Of a stretch of DNA of 64,000 nucleotides, positions 40,414 through 51,785 are shown one piece after another (the first letter of the stretch is position 1; each line of letters starts with the position of its first letter). A model generated the notes under the pieces. It did no database searches, had not been told where the DNA came from, and saw only the letters and a program-made list of their open reading frames with translations. A program made the position numbers and the translations under genes. The stretch covers positions 111,602,001 to 111,666,000 of the forward strand of contig NC_086097.1 of NCBI RefSeq assembly GCF_963921235.1, read 5' to 3'. The stretch comes from Mobula hypostoma (Eukaryota).

Positions 40414-40633
40414 TTAAACACAAAGTCTGCAGATGCTGGAAATCCAAAGCAAGACACACAAAATGCTGGAGGAACTCAACAGGTCAGAAAGCATCTGTGG
40501 AAATGCATAGATAATCAACATTTCGGGCCAAGACCCTTCAGGACAGGGGCAAGATTTTGGCCTGAAACTTTGCCTATCTGTTCATTTCTATAGATGCTGC
40601 CTGACCTGCTAAGTTCCCCCAGCATCTTGTGTG
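40414..40633. mobile_element. Penelope-derived fold-back mini-element with 11-bp TSD
   Basis: Two inverted Penelope 3'-end arms. TSD agattgaaaac at 40403-40413 and 40634-40644. Confidence 0.75.
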
Positions 40634-41189
40634 AGATTGAAAACCTAATCTAGGGAATTGAATTGTTTAAGAAAATTTTTTAAATCAACTGCTCCTTCTA
40701 GTCTACAATTTTCATGTTTTTTTCTCATCAGACTGTGCAATATTTTATACATCTCTGATTTATTGGAAGAATCAAAATTAAGCAGGGATCAAATTCAATA
40801 GATAAGCTGCTTTCTTTACTGGTAATCTATTTTCTTGTTGGATGATTCAAATTAGCTTGACGCTCCTGTATTTGTTACATTAATTACTATTGCACCAAAA
40901 TAAATTCTTTAAAGATTTTGATCAAATTTCCTCTTCTGCAGGATTTAAAATGAAAACAGTTGGAAATACTGAGCAGGTTAGGCAGCATCATAGGAAAGTG
41001 AAACAACATTTTACAATTGTTTGTAGATCTGAGAGCCTTTGAACTACTTTCACATGAAACAGCCTGATCTGTACAGTGCTGGCATTTCTATTGGTTTTGT
41101 TTGTGCAGTTAGATTATTGTAAACAGTTGGCGTTTCTCCATATGTAATCCAGTTGATAACTCTGGTAAATCCATTATAAAAATCTGCAG

Positions 41190-41308
41190 GGCTTGAAGCT
41201 AACCAGAGTACAGCTGATTTTCAAGGCATCGAAGATGGTCATGAAAATTTTGATGAACTGTGCTCCAAGAAGAAAAAGAAGTCCTCAAAAAAGAAAAGGA
41301 AGCGTTAA
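41190..41308 (+). CDS. TRANK1: TRANK1 last coding exon to stop codon
   Basis: Acceptor aatctgcag. Encodes (G)LEANQSTADFQGIEDGHENFDELCSKKKKKSSKKKRKR*, with TAA at 41306-41308. The acidic-then-basic tail resembles the recalled TRANK1 C-terminus. Confidence 0.82.
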
Positions 41309-42040
41309 TTTGGAGCTATATTTGTACAATGATTGAAGGTTTGGGGTATCAATCATTTTCCATGTAAATATATAATTCTGCATTTATTGAAAATATATTC
41401 TTGTATATTGGTTAGAACTCTTCTTAACAATTTAGCAAAGGCCAGATTTTCTCACCTGTTTACCAATACCTTTATAGCATTTTTCATAGTAACTTTTTCA
41501 TCATTTTTAGTTATGTTCTTGGAATTCTGATGTGATGTACAGTCAATATATCCCTATGAAAACATTTTGTATCAATGTGTCAGAGTATCATTGTTTAGAT
41601 AGGCGTAAACTTCTCTAATTATTAGTGGACCACAAGACTTGTATCAGGTGCAAGAATTAATGCATTCTGATATATACCAGAAATAAAATGTAAGCCTGAA
41701 TTGCTTTTATTGAGTATTACCTCTAAATGCTAGGGCCTCCTCTAGGCAAAATAGAGTTAATATGTTCTCAACTGTTTTAAAGGTTTTAATTTCTTGATAC
41801 CAATGTTATAATTGCTGTATTCGAAATTTTATATTGACTGGTTTGATGAAAGCATTGTAAACTTATCATTTAAGTATGATTAAGTGTTTCAAATGTTTTT
41901 GAGTACAATTGGAAATTATATTTTTAGGTAGACAATTTGGACCAAGATCAACAGAGGGCTGATTCCCTTATAAAATATAGAGGAAGTGTTGTATACTATA
42001 AATAAAATAATGATTTGAATATAAGAATTGTTTGGCTGGT
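41309..42040 (+). promoter_or_regulatory. Probable TRANK1 3' UTR with polyadenylation signals
   Basis: AT-rich stretch with no recognisable repeat. AATAAA at 41682, 42001 (followed by GT-rich ttgtttggctggt at about 42028) and 42220. Confidence 0.55.
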
Positions 42041-43329
42041 AGGTAAAGTTAGGGTCCAGTTGAGTCAGTCAGTTCAAGTACCACAACTTGGAGATTTTTC
42101 TAAGATTTCAAATTGCAATGGTATAGTTTAAATTACGCTATTTAAGAGTAGGCCAATAAGCAAACCTGATCACTGGCATGGAGCTTTACTTTTTTTCTTT
42201 TGAAAGATTGATTCCTTTCAATAAATGCCAGTAAGTAACATGATTTCTGGTCTCCAATCATTTAAGACATTTTTACTCATAAAACCATAAGAGCAGAAAT
42301 AGACCATTTGGCCCATTTAGAACCTTTACTATTGAAATGAGAACTTTTCAAGACATAGATGATTCCTTTTGCATTATTTGGAATGTGATTACAAATTTGT
42401 TGATTACTTGTAGAAGAAAATTTAAAAAAAACAGAAGTACAAGCTGACTTTCAAGTGCTGAACAACCTTTGAAATAGTTTTTGTTCTTGAAACTATCTCC
42501 AGAAGCTCCAGTTTCAACCCACATTCCAAAGATGTATGGTTAGTAGGTTAATCGGTCACACTGAGCAGTGTGAAGGGCCTGTTACTGTAATGTATCTCTA
42601 AATAAAAATAAAAGATTTCAAAGAAAACAATTAGCAAATAACAATATACTTTAACAATAATTTTTTTTTCCCAGGAAATGGTGAGTAAAATTTTTCACCA
42701 GCTGACAAACTTTTTTCTAGAAGGCCATGTTAGTCTTTATTTTTGTTAAAATTTTTAACAATTGTTCGAAAGATTTTGATCTGTAAAATGTAAAAACTGA
42801 AGTAAAACATTTTTCACCATGTTTAATATTGTGTCTCTCTTTACATTAATGTTCAATATGGGACAGTATGGTTCTCACGGTAATGTAGGGACTAGCAGAA
42901 CCTGGTGATCAGGTTCAGTTCCCACCACTGCCTGCAAGGAGTTTCATCCAGGTGCTCCAGTTCCCTCACACATTTCAAATTAAGTTGTGGGCATGCTTTG
43001 TTGGCACAGGAAACATGGTGACACATACAGGCTGCTCCCAGCAAATCCTCTGGCTGTGTTGGTCATTGATGCAAAACAAACATTTCACTGTATGTTTTGA
43101 TGTACATGTGACAAATCTTCAATTGAGAGAAAAATTATACGAGAGGTGCTATCTAGTGAGTGATTTAAGGGCAATTATCCAGTGAATTTCCTTGAATTAG
43201 ATCTTATTTTTAACATGGCTTACATGCAGTTCTGTTTTCAATGTTACAGATGTGTTGGGTCCTCACTGTACTGTGCCACTACCACAGACAAATTTACACT
43301 CGAGAATATGCCTTGTTATAAAACTATTA

Positions 43330-44880
43330 GGCACATGAATATAAGCCATATATGAATAATTAGGCAATTTGGCCCATCGAGCCTGCTCTACCATTCCATC
43401 ATGGCTGATTTATTATCCATTTCAAACCCATTCTTCTGCTTTCTCCCCATAACCTTTGACACCCTTACTAATCAAGAACCTATCAACAACCTCTGCTTTA
43501 AAGATACCAATGACTTGACCTTCACAGCCATCTGTGACAACGAATTCCACAGATGCACCGCACTCTGATGAAAAAAATTCCTCCCCACCTCTGTACTAAA
43601 GTGGTATCTTTCCATTCTGAGGCTGTGCCTTCTGGCCCTAGACTCTCTAGGAGTCATTGAATCCTGCATAAGAACTCCAAAGTCCATTTGCCTCTCTGAT
43701 TTCTGAAATTGCTTCCAGTTTAGAAAATAGTCTATGCCTTTATTCCTTCTACCAAAGTGCATGATAACATCCTTCCTTACATTAGATTTCATCTGCCATT
43801 TGTTTGCCCATTCCCCCAATCTGTCTAGATACTTATGCAGAATTCCTGCTTCCTCAACACTACCTTCTCCTCCATTTAATTTTGTTTCATCCACAAACTT
43901 GGCTACGAAGGCATCAATTTCATCTTCCAAACCATTGTCATATAACGTGAAAAGAAGCAGTCTTAATACCGATCCCTGCGGAATACCACTTGTCACCAGC
44001 AGCCAAACAGAAAAGGCCCCCTTTACTCCCACACTTTGTCTCCTCTCACTCAGCCAATCTTCTATCATATTAGTATCTTTCCTGTAATACCATGGACTCT
44101 TATCTTATGTACCAACCTCATGTATGGAATTTTGTCTAAGGTCTTTTAAAAATTCAAGTAAATGTTCACTGTTTCTCCTTTGTCTAATCTGCTGTTATTT
44201 CCTCAATGAATTCCAACAGATTTGCCAGGCAAGATTTCCCCTTAAAGAAACCATGCTGACTTTGGCCTATTTATAATGAGCCTCAAAGTACTCTGAAATC
44301 TCATCCTTAATAATGGACTCCAACATCTTTCCAACTACTGAAGTCATGCTAATTGGCCTAAATTTCCAGTCTTTTCCCTCCTACCCTTCTTAAAGAGGGA
44401 AGAGACATTTGAAAATTTTCAGTCCTCCAGAGTCTGGTGATTTTTGAAAGATCACCGCTAACATGATGGTCACAATCTCTTTAGTTACCTTTTCCAGAAC
44501 CCTGGGCTGCTGTTCATCTGGAGCAGGTGACTGAGCTATCTTAAGACCTTTCAGCTTCTGAAACACCTTAGTAATAACAGCTACACTCACTTCTACCCAA
44601 TAATATTCTCGAATTTCTGGCATACTGCTAGTGTCTTCCATAGTGAAGACTGACACAAAATACTTATTAGGCTTGTCTGTCATTATAACCTCTCCAGTGG
44701 TTATTTTTCAGCAGTCTAGTATCCATTCTCACCTCTTCATTACTCTATATTTCTGGAAAAAAAATTGGTATCTTCTTTCATAGTATTGGATAGCTTACCT
44801 TCATATTTCAACTTTTCTCCCCTTACTGCTTTTTTAGTTGCCTTCTGTTGGTTTTTAAAAGCTTCCCACTATTACCTTTT
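43330..44880 (-). mobile_element. Degenerate CR1 LINE ORF2 fragment
   Basis: ORFs 43472-44068 (VTSGIPQGSVL..FVAKFVDETKL) and 44390-44683 (NKYFVSVFTMED..PRVLE). Confidence 0.85.
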
Positions 44881-45476
44881 CTATCACAAACAAGAGAAAA
44901 TCTGCAGATTGTGGAAATCCAAGCAACACACACAAAATGCTGGAGAAACTCAGTCGACCAGGCAACATCAATGGAAAAAGTAGACAGTTGACATTTTGGG
45001 TCGAGACCCTTCAGCAGGACTGGAGAAAAAAATGAGGATTCAGAGTTAGAAGGTGCAGTGGGTTGGGGATGGTGAGGGGAGGAAGAAACGCAAGGTGAGA
45101 GGTGAAACCGGGGGAGGAGTGAAGTAAGGAGCTGGGAAGTTGATTGGTGAAAGAGATACAGGGCTGGAGAGGGGTAAATCTAATAGGAGAGGACAGAAAG
45201 GCATGGGGGAAAGAAAAGTGGGAGCAGCACCAGAGGGAGGTGATGGGTAGGTCAGGAGACAAGGTGAGAAAGGGAAAAGGAGATGGGAAGGATTAGCCAT
45301 TACTAGAATTATTAGCCACACTCAGGTTGGAGGAACAACACCTTATATTCCGTCTGGGTAGCCTCCAACCTGATGGCATGAACATTGACTTCTCTAACTT
45401 CCATTAATGTCCCTTCTCCCTTTCTTACCCTATCACTTACTTACTTACTTACTTATTTATTTCCCCCTTTCTTTCT

Positions 45477-46450
45477 TTTCAAATCTTTTTATTGCTATAT
45501 TATACAGGAAAAATAACATGAGTACATTGAAGTAACAACACTTACAATGCCTCAAAAAAAAATTATCTTAAAGATTGAAAAAAATGTTTGTGATAACAAA
45601 AAAAACCTACTGAGCAGAAAAGAGAGAAAAAAAGAACCCATTAGGTGTACAACCCCGGAGTCATGCGTCACACAAAAACCTTCTAAAAATAAACATCAAA
45701 CCGCCAGCAAGAAAAGAAAATATACTAAAAAATATACAATTAGATCGTGGAAAAATTATATCAATTAACTCAAATGATAATAATGAGCAAATGAGCCCCA
45801 TCTTTTCTCAAAATCAAATAAAGGTTCAAAGGTTCGACTTCTAATTTTCTCCAAACTAAGACATAGCATCACTTGAGAGAACAGTTGTGACAAAGTGGGA
45901 GCTGAAGTATCCTTCCACTTCAGCAAAATGGCCCTCCTAGCTATCAATGTAACAAATGCAATAACATGTTGGTCAGACACAGAAATACCATGAATATTTT
46001 GAGGAATTATTCCAAAAAGCACAGTTAATTTATTAGGTTGTAAATTAATTTGAAGTGCTTTAGAAATTGTTGAAAAAACCGACTTCCAGAACTGTTCCAA
46101 TATAGAACAAGACCAAAACATATATGTCAGTATAGCTATCTCAGTTTTACATCTATCACAATGACTATCAACATTAGAAAAGGTTTTAGAAAGTCTCTCC
46201 TCTGTCAAATGATAACGATGTACAATTTTAAATTGAATCAATGAATTGCTAGCACAAATTGAAGAAGAGTTAACCAACTTCAATATCTGCATCCAATCCT
46301 CCAGCATAAAAGTCAAATTAAGTTCCTTTTCCCAATCCTGTTTAATCTTAGATAAAGGACGCTTATCCCATTGTAATAATAAATTATAGATTCTTCCAAT
46401 AGAACCCTTAATCAAAGGATTCATACTCACAATAGTATCTAACAGGTCAG
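45477..46450 (-). mobile_element. L1-clade LINE 3' fragment (ORF2 C-terminus plus 3' UTR)
   Basis: Peptide [48 protein letters not shown] is a typical fish L1 zf-RVT region with the CCHC His replaced by Tyr. Stop at 45765, AATAAA near the end. TSD cccctttctttct at 45464-45476 and 46451-46463. Confidence 0.88.
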
Positions 46451-46701
46451 CCCCTTTCTTTCTCTCTCTTTTTTCTCCCTCTGTCCCTCTCACTATATCT
46501 TCCTCTGGTGCTCTTCTCCCCCTTTCTTTCTCCCTAGGCCTCCTCTCCCATGATCCTCTCCCTTTTCCAGCCTCGTATCCCTTTTGCCAATGAACTTTCC
46601 AGCTCTTGGCTCCATCCCTCCCCCTCCTGTCTTCTCCTATCATTTCGGATCTCCCCTTCCCCCTCCCACTTTCAAATCTCTTACTATCTCTTCTTTCAGT
46701 T

Positions 46702-46737
46702 AGTCCTGACGAAGGGTCTCGGCCTGAAACGTCGACT
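46702..46737 (+). ncRNA. Minimal type I hammerhead ribozyme motif
   Basis: agtc-CTGACGA-agg gtctcgg cct-GAAA-c-GTC-gact. Confidence 0.78.
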
Positions 46738-47159
46738 GTACCTTTTCCTATAGATGCTACCTGGTCTGCTGCATTCCACCAGCATTTTGTGTGTGTTGCT
46801 TCAATAATCAGCTCTTTGGTCTTGCTGACATTGAGTGAGAATGTGGCACCACTCGGCCATATTTTCAATCTCCCTCCTATATGCTGATTCATCACCACCT
46901 TTGATTTGGTCAATGACAATGGTATCATCAGCAAACTTAAATAAACATTAGAGCTGTGCTTAGCTTTGCAGTTATATGTGTAGACTGAGTACAACAGAGG
47001 GCTAAGCACGCAGCCCTGCGGTGTTCCTGTCCTGATGGAGATTGTGGAGGAGATATTGTTGCCAATCCGAACTGACTGGAGTCTGTAAGCGAGGAAATTG
47101 AGAATCCAATCACACAAGGTGGTATCAAGGCCAAGGTCTTAAAGTTTATTGATTAGTTT

Positions 47160-48275
47160 AATTAATCTCTTATCAATGCTCCTATCTTTCCTGCTTTACC
47201 GTGGGCTCTTACCTTGTTTCATAGCCTCGAGTGTAGCGCTTCTTCAAAGGCCTTCTGAAAATCCAAATAAACAGCATCTACTGACCCTCCTTTGTCTATC
47301 CTGCCTGTTATTTCCTCAAAGAATTCTGACAGGTTTGTCAGGCTAGATTTCCCCTTAAGGAAACCATGCTGGCTTCAACCTATTTTATCGTATACCTCAA
47401 ACTACCCCAAAACCTCATCCTTAATAATAAACTCCTGCATCTTCCCAACCACTGAAGTCCGGCTAAGTAGTCTATAATTTCCTGTCTTTTATCTTCCTCC
47501 CTTCTGAAGGAGTAGAGTGACATTTGTAAATTTCTAGTCCTGTGGAACCTTTCCAGAATCTAAGGATTTTTGAAAGATCACTATTAATGCTTTCACACTC
47601 TCTTCAGCTACCACTTTCAGAACCCTGGGGTGCATTCATCTGGTCCAAGTGACTAATCTACTTTCAGATCTTTCCGCTTCCAAAGCACCCCCCCCCCCGC
47701 CTTAGTATACTAGCATACTCACAGTGAAGACTGATGCAAGAATCTTATTATGTTTGCTCTCCATTTCTTTGTCCCTCATTACTACCTCTCTAGTGTGATT
47801 TTCCAGCAGTTCAATATCCAATCCTGCCTGTCTTTTACTCTTTATAGATCAAAAAAACTTTTGGCATCCTCTTTTATATTATTGGAGAGCTCACCTTCAT
47901 GTTTCATCTCTTAATTAGGTTTTTAGTTGCCCTCTGTTGCCTTTTTAAAAGCTTCCCATTTATTTTTGCTGTATCATATTCCCTCTCTTTTGCCTTTATG
48001 CTGTCTTCGACTTCTCTTGTTAGGCAAGGTTGCATCATTCTCCCTTTAGAACATTTCTTCCTTGGGGTGTATCTACCCTGACCTTTCTGAACTGCTCCCA
48101 GAAACTCCAGACGTTACTGTTCTACTGTCATCCCTACTAGTGTCCCCTTCCAATCAACTTTGGCCAGTTCCTCTCTTGTGCCTCTGTAACTACCTTTACT
48201 CCACTTTACGACTGATACATCTGACTTTAGCTTCTCTCTCTCTCTCTCTCAAACTGTAGGATGAATTCTATCATT
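47160..48275 (-). mobile_element. Degenerate CR1 fragment
   Basis: Plus strand reads ..ttccccttaaggaaaccatgctg.. (reverse complement of QHGFLKGK) and ttcagaaccctggggtgc (reverse complement of HPRVLK). Confidence 0.7.
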
Positions 48276-48279
48276 TGTT

Positions 48280-48796
48280 GCCACATATTGTTTTTATAGG
48301 AAGCGGTAATGTTTCTCTGGAAACACGGATTTGATAGTGTGGTTGTTTCATTATATAGTTGGATGTAACTTCTTAGACTAATGCTGCACTGGCAAATAAA
48401 TTATTCCAAACTACACAGCACCATGAGATATACAAAATAAAGTTGTTTAAAGCAAGTTGCCATGCAGTGGTTTTGAAAAAATACAGTGGCAATATAGGCA
48501 TGGTGCTTTGGAAGCACTGATTCAGATAATGTTGTTTTATTATACATTTGGATCTAACTTCTCAGATATCGATTGCCCAACAAAATAAATTATTCCAACC
48601 AATCATTACCATGGGATACATAAGCTAGAGTTGTTTATAAGTTCACATGTAGTGTTTCTGAACAGAGTGGCAATTTATGCACTTTGCTATCACAAACACT
48701 GATTCTGAGAGTGTGGTCATTTTCTTATACTTTGAGATCTAACTTCTCAGACTTAGGTGACACATCCAAAAACATAATCCAAACCAATCATAACTA
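48280..48796. repeat. Degenerate ~187-bp tandem array (about 3 copies) with an inverted copy at ~50650-50830
   Basis: Anchor gat(c/g)taacttct(c/t)aga at about 48362, 48551 and 48735; aaataaattattccaa twice. Reverse-complement anchor ctgagaagttaggacc at about 50748. Confidence 0.7.
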
Positions 48797-50570
48797 TACT
48801 TTATACTTCATTGTCACCAGACAATTGATACTAGAATGTACAATCATCACAGCGATATTTGATTCTGCGCTTCGCACTCCCTGGACTACAAATCGATAGT
48901 AAGTATTAAAAATTTAAATTATAAATCATAAATAGAAAATAGAAAAGGGAAAGTAAGGTAGTACAAAAAAAAAACGGGAGGCAGGTCTGGATATTTGGAG
49001 GGTACGGCCCAGATCCGGGTCAGGATCCATTCAGCAGTCTTATCACAGTTGGAAAGAAGCTGTTCCCAAATCCGGCTGTACGAGTCTTCAAGCTCCTGAG
49101 CCTTCTCCCAGAGGAAAGAGGGACGAAAAGTGTATTGACTGGGTGGGTCATGTCCTTGATTATCCTGGCAGCACTGCTCCAACAGCGTGCGGTGTAAAGT
49201 GAGTCCAAGGACGGAAGATTGGTTTGTGTGATGTGCTGAGCCGTGTTCACGATCTTCTGCAGCCTCTTCCGGTCTAGGACAGGACAACTTCCATACCAGG
49301 TTGTGGTGCACCCTAGAAGAATGCTTTCTACAGTGCATCTATAAAAATTAGTGAGGGTTTTAGGGGCAGGCCAAATTTCTTTAGTTTTCTCAGGAAGTAA
49401 AGGCGCTGGTGAGCCTTCTTGGCAGTGGACTCTGCTTGGTTGGTCCAAGTCAGGTCATTTGTGATATCGACCCCGAGGAATGTAAAGCTTTTGACCTGTT
49501 CCAGTTGCGCACCACCGATGTAAATGGGGTTGTGCAGTCCGCTACTCCTTCTGGAGTCAACAACCAATTCCTTCATCTTGCTGATGTTGAGGGATAGGTT
49601 ATCATCTTCACACCATGCCACCAGGTTCTTAATTTTCTCTCTGTACTCAAACTCATCATTACCCAAGATACGGCCTACAATTGTTGTGTCATCAGCAAAC
49701 TTGTATATTGAGTTTGATGGAAACTTGGCTACACAATCATGGGTACACAGTGAGTACAGCAGGGGGCTGAGTACACAGCCTTGTGGGGCACCGGTGCTCA
49801 GAGTGATTGCAGAGGAGAGCTTGTCCCCTATTTTTACAGCCTGGGTTCTGTCTGTCAGGACGTTGAAGATCCAGCTGCAGATCTGAGTGCTAAGGCTGAG
49901 GTTCCGGAGCTTAGGAATCAGTTTATTTAGAATGATGGTATTAAAGGCAGAGCTGTAGTCAATGAAAAGGAGACTTACGTATGCGTCTTTATTCTCCAGG
50001 TGTTCTAAGGAGGAATGTAGGGCCAGAGAGATGGCATCTGCCGTTGACCTGTTGCTCCGGTAGGCGAATTGCAAAGAGTCGAGGTTGACTGGTAGGCCGT
50101 GGTTGATGTGTGCCATAACCAATCGCTCGAAGTACTTCACAGCAATTGATGTCAGAGCCACTGGTCGATAGTCATTCAGACATGCCACCTTGCTCTTCTT
50201 CAGCACTGGGATTATTGTTGCCTTCTTAAAACACGAGGGGATCTTAGACTGAAGCAAGGAGCAGTTGAAGATGTCGGCAAACACTCCAGCTAGCTCGCTT
50301 GCACAGGCCCGGAGAACCCGTCCCAGGACGCCATCTGGGCCCGTCACCTTCCTTGGATTTATCTTCAGGAAAGCCCTTCTAACATCCTGCTCGGTGACGA
50401 TGAATCTCGATGCCACCAGGTCCGGTTCATCCGGAGGGAGCGGGACGCTCCTCTTCTGTTCGAATCTTGCGTAGAATACGTTAAGTTCGTCAAGAAGAGA
50501 AGCACTACAGCTATTGATATTCCCAGCCTTTTCTTTGCACCCAGTGATCTCATTTAGACCCTGCCATAGA
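48797..50570 (-). mobile_element. Rex1/Babar-type LINE, 5'-truncated, relatively young
   Basis: 420-aa RT ORF ([55 protein letters not shown]) plus a frameshifted C-terminal ORF at 49020-49448. Confidence 0.92.
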
Positions 50571-51014
50571 TAGACACGTTTGTAATGCAAAATTTACAAC
50601 TGGCAAAACCAATGTTTTAGGGCAAGGAGTATACAATGCCACATTCTACAATCAAACCATGTAGTAAATAATTTCAAAGAACTTTATTTTTTGCATTTCA
50701 TGGTGTCGATATGTTTAGCAACACTTATTTTATCGTACAATTTACACCTGAGAAGTTAGGACCAAAGGTATCACAGCATTTCCAGATTGGCTGTATTTGT
50801 TTTTCAGAGTAAATAGCATATGGGAGCCAACAAGTGAAGTGTATATATATCTTAAGTTAAATAAGTAGCACAAAAACAGAAAAAAGTAGTGATGTAGTGT
50901 TCATGGGTTCAATGTCTATTCAGAAATCGGATGGCAGAGGGGAAGAAGCTGTTCCTGAATCGCTGAGCGTGTGCCTTCAGCTTTTGTACCTCCTTCCTGA
51001 TGGTGGCAATGAGA

Positions 51015-51785
51015 ACACCTGCCCTTACACCTCCTCCCGCACTACCATTCAGGGCCTCAAACAGTCCTTCCAGGTGAGGCAACACTTCACCTGTGAGTCT
51101 GTTAGGGTCATATACTGTGTCCGGTGCTCACAGTGTGGCTTCCTGTATATCGATAAGACCTGACATGAATTGGGAGACCACTTCGCCAAGCACCTACGTT
51201 CCATTTGTCAGAAGAAGTGGGATCTCCTAGTGGCCACCCATTTTAATTCCACTTCCCATTCCCATTCCAATATGTCAATCCATGGCCTCCTTTAATTGTC
51301 GTGATGTGGCCACACTCAGGTTGGAGGAACACACCTTATATTCGGTCTAGGTAGTCTCCAACCTGATGGCATGAACATCGATTTCTCAAACCTGGTAATG
51401 CCCCCCATCCCTTTTTCCCTCTCTCACCTTATCTCCTGACCTGCCCATCGTCTCCCTCTGGTGCTCATCCCCCTTTTCTTTCTTCCATGGCCTTCTGTTC
51501 TCTCCTATCAGATTCCCCCTTCTCCAGCCCTGTATCTCTTTCACCAACCAACTTCCCAGCTATTCACTTCATTTCTCCCTCTCCCGTTTCACATATCACC
51601 TTGAGTTTCTTCCTCCCCTCACCCACCTTTTAAATCTACTCCTCAGTGTTTTTTTCTCCAGTCCTGCCAAAGGGTCCCAGCCCAAAACATCGACTGTACT
51701 TTTTTCCATAGATGCTGCCTGGCCTGCTGAGTTCCTCCAGCGTTTTGTGTGCGTTGCTTGGATTTCCAGCATCTTCAGATATTCT
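51015..51785 (+). mobile_element. Older Penelope-like element, 3' part (GIY-YIG remnant plus tail)
   Basis: Peptide TCPYTSSRTTIQGLKQSFQVRQHFTCESVRVIYCVRCSQCGFLYI; degenerate hammerhead at about 51660-51695. Confidence 0.85.

Larger units (their letters stand above)
44885..46800. mobile_element. Penelope 3' ends in inverted arrangement (minus copy 44885-45300; plus copy 45316-46800, split by an L1)
   Basis: Plus copy begins gccacactcaggttggaggaacaacacc (end of the GIY-YIG ORF) and ends after the hammerhead. Minus copy is a reverse-complemented related tail. Confidence 0.75.

Noticed and set aside
45765..47117. 450-aa minus-strand ORF as a novel gene
   Set aside because: It is a chance read-through across three nested TEs (Rex-type RT, antisense Penelope tail, L1 ORF2 C-terminus), with a TSD marking the L1 junction. 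No evidence of splicing or a promoter.
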